Shown here one piece after another: positions 1-9,774 of a stretch of DNA of 37,571 nucleotides. Both the position numbers and the translations under genes were made by a program. The stretch's first letter is position 1; every line of letters begins with the position of its first letter. The notes beneath the pieces are model-generated. The model saw nothing but the letters and a program-made list of their open reading frames with translations, was not told where the DNA came from and ran no database searches. The stretch is taken from IMG/VR virus record IMGVR_UViG_3300008448_000264, positions 1 to 37,571 of that record; one strand, written 5' to 3'. This stretch comes from a virus (Duplodnaviria; Caudoviricetes).

Positions 1-701
1 CCATCACCAAAAGAAATAACATAATTACCATCATCATTTTCTTTTAAAAAATAAACACGTGATGATGGAGTTAATGTAGCGAAATTATCAGCAAGAGTAT
101 ATACTGTATTTGCTGCTGATCCTGCTACTTCTTGAACGTTCACTTTAATTGTTGAAGTATCTACTTTAAGATTTGGAACTGTATAAGAACCATTTGTGAC
201 CATTGAATATGTTTTTTGTAATAATCTTCCTTCAATTATAGGAATATTTAAAAATGAATATGTATTTGTGACTGAACGAGAAACAGTAATTGCACTATCA
301 GTTGAGAAATTAAAATTACTTCCACTGAAATTTGAACTAAATGAAGTTCCTGCTGGTATAGTAAGTGTAGTTGGATTTCCTGACACGTTAGAAATTATTA
401 TATCAACAAGTGCTCTTGAAGCAATACTTGATGATGGAGTATATCCTAATGACTTAGCAAGACTTACAACTGATGAACGTTTAACAGCACTATCTAAAAA
501 CATTTCATTAACACTCAAATTATAATATAAAGCATTATAGTGTGTGTTATAGGCAAGTACATCTAATAGAATCGAAAGACCAGATCCTTCAAAATTGTAA
601 TCGCTAAATGCATTTTGTGCTTTTAAATATGTTTTTATATTCTTTTTTATTTCATCAAAATCTAATTCAGTGACTTTAATGTTTCTACTTGTTTCTGCCA
701 T
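1..701 (-). CDS. gp6: Baseplate wedge subunit gp6, 5' part; runs off the left edge
   Basis: Not in the ORF track. ATG at 701 overlaps the gp25 stop (TAATG). Manual translation gives MAETSRNIKVTELDFDEIKKNIKTYLKAQNAFSDYNFEGSGLSILLDVLAYNTHYNA, the typical gp6 N-terminus. Confidence 0.93.
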   Translation of the reverse strand, partial: MAETSRNIKVTELDFDEIKKNIKTYLKAQNAFSDYNFEGSGLSILLDVLAYNTHYNALYYNLSVNEMFLDSAVKRSSVVSLAKSLGYTPSSSIASRALVDIIISNVSGNPTTLTIPAGTSFSSNFSGSNFNFSTDSAITVSRSVTNTYSFLNIPIIEGRLLQKTYSMVTNGSYTVPNLKVDTSTIKVNVQEVAGSAANTVYTLADNFATLTPSSRVYFLKENDDGNYVISFGD

Positions 702-1093
702 TATCGTGTTCTTTCAAGTGTTAAAGTTAATTCTATTGGTGTAGCTGTATTAATAATTTTAAATACAATACGAATATCTACGTAATTCTCATCAGGTCGA
801 ACATTAACAAAAACATCAACTAGTTGTACTCTTGGTTCGTAATTTCTTATTACATCTACTATACTTCTTTTAATAATTGAAACAGACATTTCAGTGACTG
901 GTTCAAATAATAAACCACGAACTTGACTGCCAATTTCACTATGGAATGGTCTTTCAAAATTTTTAGTAAGTATTAAATTTCGGACACTTTGTTTAATCGC
1001 TTGTTCATCATATTTTATAGCTACATCCTTATTAACTGGATGTGCTGTAAAATTAAGATCTAAATCTGTAAATGTTCTTGTATTTGTAGGCAT
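701..1093 (-). CDS. gp25: Baseplate wedge subunit gp25
   Basis: Motifs DLDLNF..HP, AIKQSVRNLILT..ERPF..EIGS..LLFE and YEPRV; sits next to gp6. Confidence 0.93.
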   Translation of the reverse strand: MPTNTRTFTDLDLNFTAHPVNKDVAIKYDEQAIKQSVRNLILTKNFERPFHSEIGSQVRGLLFEPVTEMSVSIIKRSIVDVIRNYEPRVQLVDVFVNVRPDENYVDIRIVFKIINTATPIELTLTLERTR

Positions 1094-1104
1094 ATTATAT
1101 TTAG

Positions 1105-1407
1105 TTATCCTATATTAACTTTTGGTGAACAAAGTGGTCCGACAGAATCGCCACAGGCTATTGGGTCTCCTAATCTAACAGCCATTTTTCCTTCTATAAA
1201 AACCTTTTTTGATCCTAATACTACTCTTCTAGATGCTCCACTGTGTACTATTAAACCACAAATATGTGAAATATAAATTGTATGATTTACTAAAGGAACT
1301 GCTAATCCATTAATAGTTGTTTTCAAACTAAATGGTCCAGCAGGCAATCTTGCTGGCCAACAGCCATGTCCTGATGATAAAGTAGTTGTTAGTGCTGCTA
1401 ATGGCAT
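1105..1407 (-). CDS. PAAR-repeat spike tip protein (gp5.4-like)
   Basis: GH..W, H..H and GSKKVFIEGKMAVRLGDPIACG motifs; immediately downstream of gp5. Confidence 0.85.
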   Translation of the reverse strand: MPLAALTTTLSSGHGCWPARLPAGPFSLKTTINGLAVPLVNHTIYISHICGLIVHSGASRRVVLGSKKVFIEGKMAVRLGDPIACGDSVGPLCSPKVNIG

Positions 1408-1409
1408 AT

Positions 1410-4367
1410 TTATTTAACCTCTGATATTAAAGAGAAACCATCCGATACTTTTAAATGGTCTCTCATAGTAAATGTTTCGAATCTATTTCCTGCATATTTC
1501 CATGAACAATGCAACCAAACTGATTTTTTACCTGCATACGATAATACTATACGATCAAATCCATAAGGTAAAGATAAAACTAAATCTATTGCTGCTTGAT
1601 AATGTTGAGCACGATTCCAACTTGAGAATATAATATCAACAGCTTCACCTGTGTAGTGTTGAGATGTTTCAGGAGATCCTGCTTGAATTTGATTGTTTCT
1701 ATATCCATTTACAATTAAAACGTTTTTAAATAAATCTTTCATTGGTTCAATAAGGTATGTTGCCATTCCTTTTAAATTACAAACTATTTGTTTTGGTTCT
1801 ACTCCCATTTGTGATATAATAGGAATACCACCATTTCGATTTAATGCTCCTAATTGAACACGAGCAGATAATTGTAAGCTAGGTTCGTAATTAGTTAAAC
1901 CATAAATGTATTCACATTTTTGTTCTGCTGTTGCTATTTCTGATTTAACTGTTGGTACAGTTTTAACAGAAACATTACCTAAATCTAAATTTTTACGAAT
2001 ATATAAACCACGTTGTATTTGTCGTTCACGATGAGTTTGGGCATCTCCTTCATCAGGAACTTCATAAACAAAATACTCTCTTGCTGAACGTGAATTAACT
2101 TGTAATTCAGGTATAACTGGCATTTGTGTATCAATAATTTCATTTGTTGTAATTGCTAATCCTGATGGAGTAAATCCATTAGCTATTTCTACTTTACTAC
2201 CATCTAATTCTAAAACTTGTGCTGCACCTAATGTAGCCATTCCTTTTGACTCCATACGTATTTGTCCAGCAACTAATCTAAATTCACCACCAACATTTAA
2301 ATTCATATCACCAGCAACTGTGACTTTGCAATCATTATTGATTACAACTTCTCCTGGACCATCTATTCTTATTTTTGCTCCAGCTTTAAGCACTGCATTT
2401 AATTCACCATAAACTGTTAAATTTTTTGTACCACCAACTAATTCATATGTATTTCTTTCACTCAATTGATAACGATCTCCTACTACACGATCAGTTAATG
2501 TACCATTATGATCCCATTCCATCCAACTTCCACGTTTATGGAATATATTAATTCTTTCAGCATTTGGTGTGTCATCTAATTCAAATACATGTCCCCTTTC
2601 AGTTTCAACAACTTTATTAAATGGATATTCTGCATTATAAGGTATTTCAGATTGATCCCAAGTATCATAATTAAATCTTTCAATACCTAATGCTCTTGCT
2701 GATTCTTTTACATAGACTGAAGTTTTATCTATATTCTCGTGACGTGCTAATCTTGATGTATCTGGTTCATTCACATATTCTAAGTATCCTGAAGCAACAC
2801 CAAAAGATCCTGATGCTGGATTTGAAACTAGACCAGCATTACCAAAATCACCATTATCAGAAATTGGTTTTACATATGCAGTGTTTTCATCAAATAATGT
2901 TCCTCCCAAATTTGGATAACCAACAGAAGTAAATTTACTTGCTGCAGCTGATCGTCTTGCTTTTTTAGTTGATGATTTACCACCAAATAATGAACCACCT
3001 ATTCCACCTAAATTAAAACCACCAAATCCTCCGAATAAATTTGTTACATTACCAGAAGTTATATTTGCTACAGCAGAAGAAATATTTCCACTTACACCAC
3101 CTAATACATTTGTGACTGTAGCACCAATATCTGTTGTGTTTAAAACATTTGATATATTTGAAATACCAGTTGAACTATTTAAAATGTTTCCAATACCTGA
3201 ATCTGATAACACATTTGATATATTTGAAAGAGTGCCATCTGCTATATTAGTTAAATTTGAAGTTATTGATTCAGCATCTCCTCCTAAATTATTTAAAAGA
3301 TTTCCTGATATGTTTTGAACTGATCCAGTAATAGTTCCTGTTAAATCTGTTCCTGCTGTTAAGTTTGAGAATAATTCTTTTCCTGTTGTAATAGAAGAAT
3401 CTAAAGATGCTGATGTAACACCACCTAATACGTTATCAAAACTTTTTTCATTTGCTATTCCTTGAATAGCACCTGCTGCTCCTTGATAGTCTAATGAATT
3501 GATTAATTTAGGGATTGACGAATTAGAAAAATTTTCTACACCGATATCTGATGCTACGTTTAATAAAGAATCAAACATTTCTTGATTGACTGGTGCTCTT
3601 ACAACACTTGTAAGTTTATCAGCCACATCTGTTTGTAAATAGTTTTTAAATTCTTTTTCAGCAGTTTCTTTATCTATACTTCCTGGATAAGAAGTTGTGA
3701 CTGGTTTTCCTTGATATGTGTCTTGTCCATATCCAATTACAGTTTTAATTACTTTACCAGATGCGTCTGTAATCGGAACAGCAACATCAGTGAATGAAGT
3801 ATTTTTTATAATTTCTTTTACACTATCATCTGTGACAGAGAAAGTAGAAAGAGGTCTTGCTTTTTCTATTTCTAAATCTCCTTTTAATAAAGCTTTAGAA
3901 TCTTCAGATACTTGTGCTGATGTTTCAACATCACCACCACTTCTCGTAGCAGCAGCATTAATGATATTTACATTTGAATCTATTTGTCCTGAAACAAGTT
4001 TTGAAACACCATCAGAACCAATCTTTACTGCTGTGTTTATATTTCCTTTTCTATCAGATGGTTTAAGAACTAAAGAATTATTTTGATTTTGAGGAACACC
4101 TGCAAGTGTACCAAGTATCACTGGTGTTTGATCATCTTTATCAGTAAATGTAACAAGAACTATGCTTCCTAAAACTATTCCTGTTGGTGATACACCAATA
4201 CCAGCACTTGCTGCTGAATTGATTGGCGATATAGGCATAGCCCATGGTAAATCTATTGTAGGGAGTATTGCAGGGTTTTCGTCATGAACACCCATCACTC
4301 TTACTTGACATCTACCAAGTTTTAAAGGGTCATTTCTATTTTCAACTTTACCGATAAATATTTTCAT
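1410..4367 (-). CDS. gp5: Baseplate hub/central spike gp5: OB-fold, degenerate GH24-like domain, beta-helix and C-terminal peptidase M15-like domain
   Basis: N-terminal GKVENRNDPLKLGRCQVRVMGVH..LPWA; YPFNKVVETERGHVFELDDTPNAERINIFHKRG; C-terminal GYR..SQHYTGEAVDI..WLHCS. Confidence 0.9.
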   Translation of the reverse strand: MKIFIGKVENRNDPLKLGRCQVRVMGVHDENPAILPTIDLPWAMPISPINSAASAGIGVSPTGIVLGSIVLVTFTDKDDQTPVILGTLAGVPQNQNNSLVLKPSDRKGNINTAVKIGSDGVSKLVSGQIDSNVNIINAAATRSGGDVETSAQVSEDSKALLKGDLEIEKARPLSTFSVTDDSVKEIIKNTSFTDVAVPITDASGKVIKTVIGYGQDTYQGKPVTTSYPGSIDKETAEKEFKNYLQTDVADKLTSVVRAPVNQEMFDSLLNVASDIGVENFSNSSIPKLINSLDYQGAAGAIQGIANEKSFDNVLGGVTSASLDSSITTGKELFSNLTAGTDLTGTITGSVQNISGNLLNNLGGDAESITSNLTNIADGTLSNISNVLSDSGIGNILNSSTGISNISNVLNTTDIGATVTNVLGGVSGNISSAVANITSGNVTNLFGGFGGFNLGGIGGSLFGGKSSTKKARRSAAASKFTSVGYPNLGGTLFDENTAYVKPISDNGDFGNAGLVSNPASGSFGVASGYLEYVNEPDTSRLARHENIDKTSVYVKESARALGIERFNYDTWDQSEIPYNAEYPFNKVVETERGHVFELDDTPNAERINIFHKRGSWMEWDHNGTLTDRVVGDRYQLSERNTYELVGGTKNLTVYGELNAVLKAGAKIRIDGPGEVVINNDCKVTVAGDMNLNVGGEFRLVAGQIRMESKGMATLGAAQVLELDGSKVEIANGFTPSGLAITTNEIIDTQMPVIPELQVNSRSAREYFVYEVPDEGDAQTHRERQIQRGLYIRKNLDLGNVSVKTVPTVKSEIATAEQKCEYIYGLTNYEPSLQLSARVQLGALNRNGGIPIISQMGVEPKQIVCNLKGMATYLIEPMKDLFKNVLIVNGYRNNQIQAGSPETSQHYTGEAVDIIFSSWNRAQHYQAAIDLVLSLPYGFDRIVLSYAGKKSVWLHCSWKYAGNRFETFTMRDHLKVSDGFSLISEVK

Positions 4368-5629
4368 TATGCTAATTCTCCAATACCTTGTGATAAACTA
4401 TCTTTAATTAATTCTAAAGTACAAGTATGTTTATTTCCAGCTACAACGTGTTTAACTGCTGATATTAAATATTTACCAGTGTATGTTGGATCTACTAAAT
4501 CATTTGACTTATCATTAACAGTTTCTATTCTAAATGTTTTTAATGAAATAACTTTACCAACTGTGTAATCTGTTCTTCCGAGAGTTTCAACTCTTAATTT
4601 AAACCCTTGTGTGTTTGCGAGTGCTGATAATCTAAAAAGAAATTTATCACTATTTGATACGTCATCAAAACCATTATGCATAGCTGTATGTTTTATTTTA
4701 TTATATACTAGACTATCTGGAGCAGAAACAATCTCTGTGCTATTTAATGGAAATTTATTTAAGTGTGGTATTTTATTGAATTCTTCTTGATATGAAAAAT
4801 ATTGTCTTTTAAATCTTTTTGTTACCATATCATAACTTGTAAGATTAGAAGTGAACATACCTTTAGAAAGTCTATCTATAAAATCGAACCCACTTGGCAT
4901 AGACATTGTAATAATACGTTTATAATCTTGTTCAACATCACGTACAGTATCACCTACATTAGTTGTTGTTCTTTCGTAGTTGTCGAATATAAAATCTTGA
5001 ATAGGATTTCCTTGATATAAAGTATGAAGTGAAACAAAATTAAATCCTTCTCTATTTTCAAAAAATAGATAAGATGATATTCCATCTTTATTTACACTTT
5101 TTTCAGCTACATAATTAATTGCTTTAACAGGAGACCAATTATTACAAACAAATTTTATACCATTAATTGTATCTTCTATATTAATTGGTTTTTCTGTTTG
5201 AACGCCAGATTTATCTTTAGCGATTAAACGAAAAGCTATATCAGAACAAAAACCAGACCAAGCATTATTCAAACGAATATTTAAATCGTTTATAGCATCT
5301 ATTGAAATAAAATGTAAAGTATATCCTGATAACTTATCTCTTATTGCTACTTTTTCAGAACACTTAAATACATAAAATCTTCCTTTAATTCTTTTCTCAA
5401 ATCCAGGAGTAGTTATATCTAAAATTAAAAATTCTTCTCCAATCAATGGAAGATTATTAATTAAATCAAATGATTCTGAGATTGTAATAGTTCCTGTAAT
5501 AAAAGGAGAGAATAGATCTTCGTAAATTTCTACTTCATTAAAAAGAGCAATTAAACTAACTGTAGAATATTTACCAACTAGATCTATTTGTTTTGTTTCT
5601 ACATCACCTGCGTATGATATTTTATTCAT
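4367..5629 (-). CDS. Baseplate hub protein (gp27-like)
   Basis: IYEDLFSPFITG..LPLIGEE, YLFFENREGFNFVSL and TGKYLISAVKH motifs; lies between gp53 and gp5. Confidence 0.7.
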   Translation of the reverse strand: MNKISYAGDVETKQIDLVGKYSTVSLIALFNEVEIYEDLFSPFITGTITISESFDLINNLPLIGEEFLILDITTPGFEKRIKGRFYVFKCSEKVAIRDKLSGYTLHFISIDAINDLNIRLNNAWSGFCSDIAFRLIAKDKSGVQTEKPINIEDTINGIKFVCNNWSPVKAINYVAEKSVNKDGISSYLFFENREGFNFVSLHTLYQGNPIQDFIFDNYERTTTNVGDTVRDVEQDYKRIITMSMPSGFDFIDRLSKGMFTSNLTSYDMVTKRFKRQYFSYQEEFNKIPHLNKFPLNSTEIVSAPDSLVYNKIKHTAMHNGFDDVSNSDKFLFRLSALANTQGFKLRVETLGRTDYTVGKVISLKTFRIETVNDKSNDLVDPTYTGKYLISAVKHVVAGNKHTCTLELIKDSLSQGIGELA

Positions 5630-5638
5630 AATTTTATT

Positions 5639-6154
5639 TTACACTAAAGTTTGACCATTAGCATCACTCATTAAATCATTTAACTCTTGAACAACAGTGT
5701 TAATAAGTGCTGGTGCTATAATTTTAATTCTTCGTTTAGCTTCATTTTGTTCTACTTCATATTCTTTATTTGTAATTCCTACAGCACCAATTACATTACT
5801 ATCAACTACATATCCATCTTTTCTATATTCTTTAATTTGGTTTTGTGTTCCAGGATATTTTTTATTTACGTATGACATCAACTCATTATATGATAAAGGA
5901 AAATCATTATACATATTATAACGATTATTTACTAACATAATCACCCAATGTAATGTAGCATCTTTATAAAACTTTTCAGCAATAATTTCAGGTGTTTCTC
6001 CCTCACGTATATCATAACTTTCCCATATAGTTATATTAGAAAGTGCTGCTTTTCTTATTCTAACATTTGCTGTTATATCTGTGACTACTTTAAACACATC
6101 TACGTTTTTTTCTCGTAGTGTATAATATATTTTTGGAAATTTTTTAAAGTACAT
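5639..6154 (-). CDS. gp53: Baseplate wedge subunit gp53
   Basis: MYFKKFPKIYY, YDIREGETPEIIAEKFYKD..LHWVIMLVN and YEVEQNEAKRRIKII. Confidence 0.9.
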   Translation of the reverse strand: MYFKKFPKIYYTLREKNVDVFKVVTDITANVRIRKAALSNITIWESYDIREGETPEIIAEKFYKDATLHWVIMLVNNRYNMYNDFPLSYNELMSYVNKKYPGTQNQIKEYRKDGYVVDSNVIGAVGITNKEYEVEQNEAKRRIKIIAPALINTVVQELNDLMSDANGQTLV

Positions 6155-6165
6155 TATTATCTCCT

Positions 6166-7338
6166 CTAAAATGTGTCAGACTGCCCACCAAAATTTCTGA
6201 CAGCACTAGTTGTATTTCTTTGTCGAACTTCACCCATATCTTCTAAAGCTTCTTTTGTAATAATTGAAACTTCTTTAAAATTCATTGTAGCTTGATATGA
6301 TGTTGGTGAACCATTAGGGAATGATGAAAATTGACCATTTGGTGAATAATTAACAGACATTGATTCTAATACAGCTGATCTGTGTTTATGTATAAATTTA
6401 TTTTCTTGTCCTCTATGCATAAAGAATATATCAAATTCTGCTGGATATTCAAATAGGAAGCCAGCTTCATCTTTAAAATTAGGATGCATGTGATATTTTA
6501 ATTCATCAAGTATTCTTTTAACGTTTTCTGATTCTTCTTCACTACGAGGATAAAAATCGTATGTGTAGCTAAATGTTCTAAAAGGAACTCCTTCAAATAT
6601 TTGTTCTTTTTTTGGATTGGTGGCAACACCTGCTAGTTTTCCTATAATTTTTCCTGTGTCTCCTAAAACATTAAGTGCTTGTCCTTGTAATCCTCCACCA
6701 ATTCCACTTTTTCCTATATTGTTAAAAACTTCTTTTCCTGCTCCTCCTGGACTTGTGATTAATGCTTCTAAACCTGCTGCTCCTGTATCAATCCCTCTCA
6801 TTACTAAATCAGCAAGAGCTCCATCAGCTTCACCATAATTAACACCATAATTTATAGCAATATTATTTGGTATATGTAAAGCGATAGCTGTTAATAATCT
6901 TTTTCTTGGTTTAGAAAAATCACCTCCTAATGATACACCTAATGCTCCTGCTAATCCAGCACCAACTGTTGCACCAGCTACACCACCAGCTGCTCCTGCT
7001 GCGATTGCTCCTCCTCCACCACCTGCTAATCCACCAGCTAAAGCTATTGCTGAAACGATACTTTCTTTTTTTAGCAATCCTGATGCTTTTACTCCTGATA
7101 ATTCTTTTCCTACTCTTTTACTTATGTTTGGTATTATTGATTGTTGTTCATCTGCTCTTGTAAATTTAGAATCTGATGTGACGTTAATATAAATCATCAT
7201 ATATTGACCACCATATTCATTTTTATTCGGATCTACTGATAATAAATCAGTTGGATACATGTATTGTTTTGTGCGATAAACTGAATCGCCGTAATCGCCA
7301 AAATTAGCTGTTGGAGTGGTAGAATTTAAAATAGACAT
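6166..7338 (-). CDS. gp48: Baseplate tail-tube cap gp48
   Basis: NPKKEQIFEGVPFRTFSYTYDFYPRSEEES..FEYPAEFDI..SVNYSPNG..FKE. Confidence 0.85.
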   Translation of the reverse strand: MSILNSTTPTANFGDYGDSVYRTKQYMYPTDLLSVDPNKNEYGGQYMMIYINVTSDSKFTRADEQQSIIPNISKRVGKELSGVKASGLLKKESIVSAIALAGGLAGGGGGAIAAGAAGGVAGATVGAGLAGALGVSLGGDFSKPRKRLLTAIALHIPNNIAINYGVNYGEADGALADLVMRGIDTGAAGLEALITSPGGAGKEVFNNIGKSGIGGGLQGQALNVLGDTGKIIGKLAGVATNPKKEQIFEGVPFRTFSYTYDFYPRSEEESENVKRILDELKYHMHPNFKDEAGFLFEYPAEFDIFFMHRGQENKFIHKHRSAVLESMSVNYSPNGQFSSFPNGSPTSYQATMNFKEVSIITKEALEDMGEVRQRNTTSAVRNFGGQSDTF

Positions 7339-7345
7339 ATAAATA
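7338..7345 (+). promoter_or_regulatory. T4-type late promoter TATAAATA
   Basis: Exact T4 late consensus 18 nt upstream of gp4, at the divergence point. Confidence 0.75.
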
Positions 7346-7363
7346 GTTGAGTCCTTATTAATT

Positions 7364-7813
7364 ATGTTTCACACTAGAAGATATAAACCAATATTCCCTG
7401 AAAAGTATGTAGGCGATCCTACATCAATCTATTTACGTTCATCTTGGGAAACAAGATTCGCTCTTTGGTGCGACAAAAATCCAGCAGTAGTTTCTTGGAA
7501 GAGTGAGGAAGTTGTTATACCCTATCGCTCTCCTATTGATAAAAGAATACATAGATATTTCGTTGACTTTTCAGTCACTATTAAAGATAAAGAAACTAAT
7601 ACTCTTAAGACTTATTTAGTTGAAATCAAACCATATTCTCAAACTATTCAGCCTGAATATCCTGGAAGCCAAACACGTAGGTATTTGAAAGAATGTCACA
7701 GTTTCATAGTTAATTCAGCTAAATGGAAAGCTGCAAAAGAGTATGCTTTAGATCGTAATCAAAAGTTCATTATTTTAACAGAAAAAGAATTAGGATTAGA
7801 TAATAGTAAATAA
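7364..7813 (+). CDS. gp4: Head completion protein gp4 (TnsA-like endonuclease fold)
   Basis: PEKYVGDP..RSSWE..WCD.NP..W.SEE..IPY.SP.D..HRYFVDF..VEIKP..N.AKW.AA. Confidence 0.92.
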   Translation: MFHTRRYKPIFPEKYVGDPTSIYLRSSWETRFALWCDKNPAVVSWKSEEVVIPYRSPIDKRIHRYFVDFSVTIKDKETNTLKTYLVEIKPYSQTIQPEYPGSQTRRYLKECHSFIVNSAKWKAAKEYALDRNQKFIILTEKELGLDNSK

Positions 7814-7821
7814 ATAGTAAT

Positions 7822-8415
7822 ATGGCTCCAGTAAGACAAACAGCTCAGGACATTTTCAACAAATATGGTCAAGATAAGACCATATTAACGAAGTCATTAA
7901 ACTGGTTTCAAAGGGAAACTGCAAAATTAAGAACTGCTCGTATTCAGCCACAATCTTTGTTAAGACCAGACAGTAAGAATCGTACATCAACTGTAATGGT
8001 TCCAGGAAACTTGTATATGTATTTTTACGATGCAAAGTTAAAAGAACAATTACCATATTATGATATGTTTCCTTTAGTATTTCCATTCTCAACTACTGAT
8101 AAAGGATTTACTGGATTGAATATGCATTATCTACCATATCAATTAAGAGTAAGATTATTAGATAGATTATTAGAATATGCGAATAATAAAAAATATGATG
8201 AAACAACTCGAATACGTTATAGCTGGGCGACTATAAGATCGGCGAGTAAATTTGTTTTAGCAAAGCCCTGTGTGCATTCATACTTATATGATCACATACA
8301 ATCAACAATGTTAAGAGTCTCTCCTGAGAATTGGTTTACAGTTATGATGTTGCCTGTGGAAAGATTTACAGTAAACAAATCAAATGTTTGGGCAGACAGT
8401 ATAGGAAAAATTTAA
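7822..8415 (+). CDS. gp2: DNA end protector protein gp2
   Basis: YFYDAKLKEQLPYYDMFPLVF..GLNMHYLPY..KPCVHSYL..LPVERF. Confidence 0.9.
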   Translation: MAPVRQTAQDIFNKYGQDKTILTKSLNWFQRETAKLRTARIQPQSLLRPDSKNRTSTVMVPGNLYMYFYDAKLKEQLPYYDMFPLVFPFSTTDKGFTGLNMHYLPYQLRVRLLDRLLEYANNKKYDETTRIRYSWATIRSASKFVLAKPCVHSYLYDHIQSTMLRVSPENWFTVMMLPVERFTVNKSNVWADSIGKI

Positions 8416-9314
8416 TGTCAATTTTAGATATATTCGGATTATCAAGAGCAGAAGCACCAACATCACCACAAGATATAAAAAGATTTATTGCTGAGGTTAA
8501 AAAAGATGGTTTAAGTAGAACGAATCGTTTTGGTTGTACTGTTGATGCACCAAAGACTTTAAGAACAAACCCAGCATTCGCTGCAGCTGATTTTTACAGA
8601 AAGTTATTTTTATACTGTGAATCAATTAACATTCCTGGAGTAAATATATCTACAACTCCTGCTCGCACATTCGGCGAAACAAGAGAAATGCCTTATGAAA
8701 AAGTATTCGATCCAGTGACTGCAAATTATTACATAGATACAGGATTTAAAGTGAAAGCTTTCTTTGAAGCTTGGCAGGATTCAATTCAAAATACAACAGA
8801 TAGAACAATACAGTTTTATGAAAATTATGTAAGTACAGTTCATCTATTTGTAAATGATGTAGCAAATAATACAAGATACTTAGTTAAGCTACATGAAGCA
8901 TATCCTAAAACAGTGCAGAGTATTAATTTGGCTCAAGGATCAAATGAAGTTGCAAAACTTAATGTGACTTTTGCTTATAAGTATTTTACTACAAGTTTAT
9001 ATGCACCTCCTCCAAAACAAAATAAAGGATGGATTCAATCTATATTAGAGGGAATACAAGGTATTGGTAATCAAGTATTAACTGACCCTGCTGGTGTAAT
9101 TGTAAATTCTTTACCAGTTGCAGCAAATTACTTTAGTGATTTTGCAGGATTTCAAGATACATTTACTGGATTAAGTAATTCAATTAGTAATAATCGAACA
9201 AATCAGTTTGCACCACAATATGAACAAGCAACTCCTGAGATACTAGATGCGAGTGTTCGTTTTAGTCAAAAAACTTTAGATGGTATGTTAGGAAGTACAT
9301 TTAGATCAGTTTAA
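8415..9314 (+). CDS. gp54: Baseplate tail-tube initiator gp54 (gp19 superfamily)
   Basis: GLSRTNRF..CESINIPG..REMPY..FFEAWQ..LHEAYPKTV..VTFAY. Start moved to the ATG at 8415, which overlaps the gp2 stop. Confidence 0.78.
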   Translation: MSILDIFGLSRAEAPTSPQDIKRFIAEVKKDGLSRTNRFGCTVDAPKTLRTNPAFAAADFYRKLFLYCESINIPGVNISTTPARTFGETREMPYEKVFDPVTANYYIDTGFKVKAFFEAWQDSIQNTTDRTIQFYENYVSTVHLFVNDVANNTRYLVKLHEAYPKTVQSINLAQGSNEVAKLNVTFAYKYFTTSLYAPPPKQNKGWIQSILEGIQGIGNQVLTDPAGVIVNSLPVAANYFSDFAGFQDTFTGLSNSISNNRTNQFAPQYEQATPEILDASVRFSQKTLDGMLGSTFRSV

Positions 9315-9329
9315 TTATAGGAATATAAA

Positions 9330-9770
9330 ATGTCTATCATAGATGATAAATTAAGTGAAGTGTTTAATAGTGAGAAATTAAAGGTCAGTGAACCAACTGA
9401 ACCATTTACAAATTTGGAAGTAATTAATCCAAGAGAGATAGCAAATGAAAAAGAGAATACGATTGCTACTGATTTTAATACTTCTCGTGTTAATCTTCAC
9501 AATCTTCTTATAAAAGGAGAAGAAGCATTAAAGCATTCACTCGAGATAGCAAAACAATCAGAGCATCCAAGAGCCTTTGAAGTTGTAGGTAATATGATAA
9601 AACAACTTGCTGATGTAAACCAGCAATTATTAGATTTACACAAACAACAAGCAGATGTAGGACGAATACAAAAGACAGATACAAAAACTGTAAACAATAA
9701 TGTGTTTATAGGTTCTACGAATGAATTGAATAAGATAATTAAAAATTATAAAGAAACTGAAGGAGAATAA
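9330..9770 (+). CDS. gp16: Terminase small subunit gp16
   Basis: SEHPRAFEVVGNMIKQLADVNQQLLDLH..NNNVFIGST.EL, the T4-like small terminase signature. Confidence 0.85.
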   Translation: MSIIDDKLSEVFNSEKLKVSEPTEPFTNLEVINPREIANEKENTIATDFNTSRVNLHNLLIKGEEALKHSLEIAKQSEHPRAFEVVGNMIKQLADVNQQLLDLHKQQADVGRIQKTDTKTVNNNVFIGSTNELNKIIKNYKETEGE

Positions 9771-9774
9771 TAAT

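Noticed and set aside
196-525. 109-aa + strand ORF
   Set aside because: Antisense shadow of gp6.
6930-7050. cca/gct-rich quasi-repeats
   Set aside because: Explained by the Gly/Ala-rich coding segment of gp48.
2690-7163. Several + strand ORFs within gp5, the gp27-like gene, gp53 and gp48
   Set aside because: Antisense to well-supported genes and without recognisable motifs.
8331-8414. Long ORF-track starts for gp54 (and similarly at 26771, 21548 and 22197)
   Set aside because: They overlap upstream genes extensively; downstream starts fit coupling or paralogy better.
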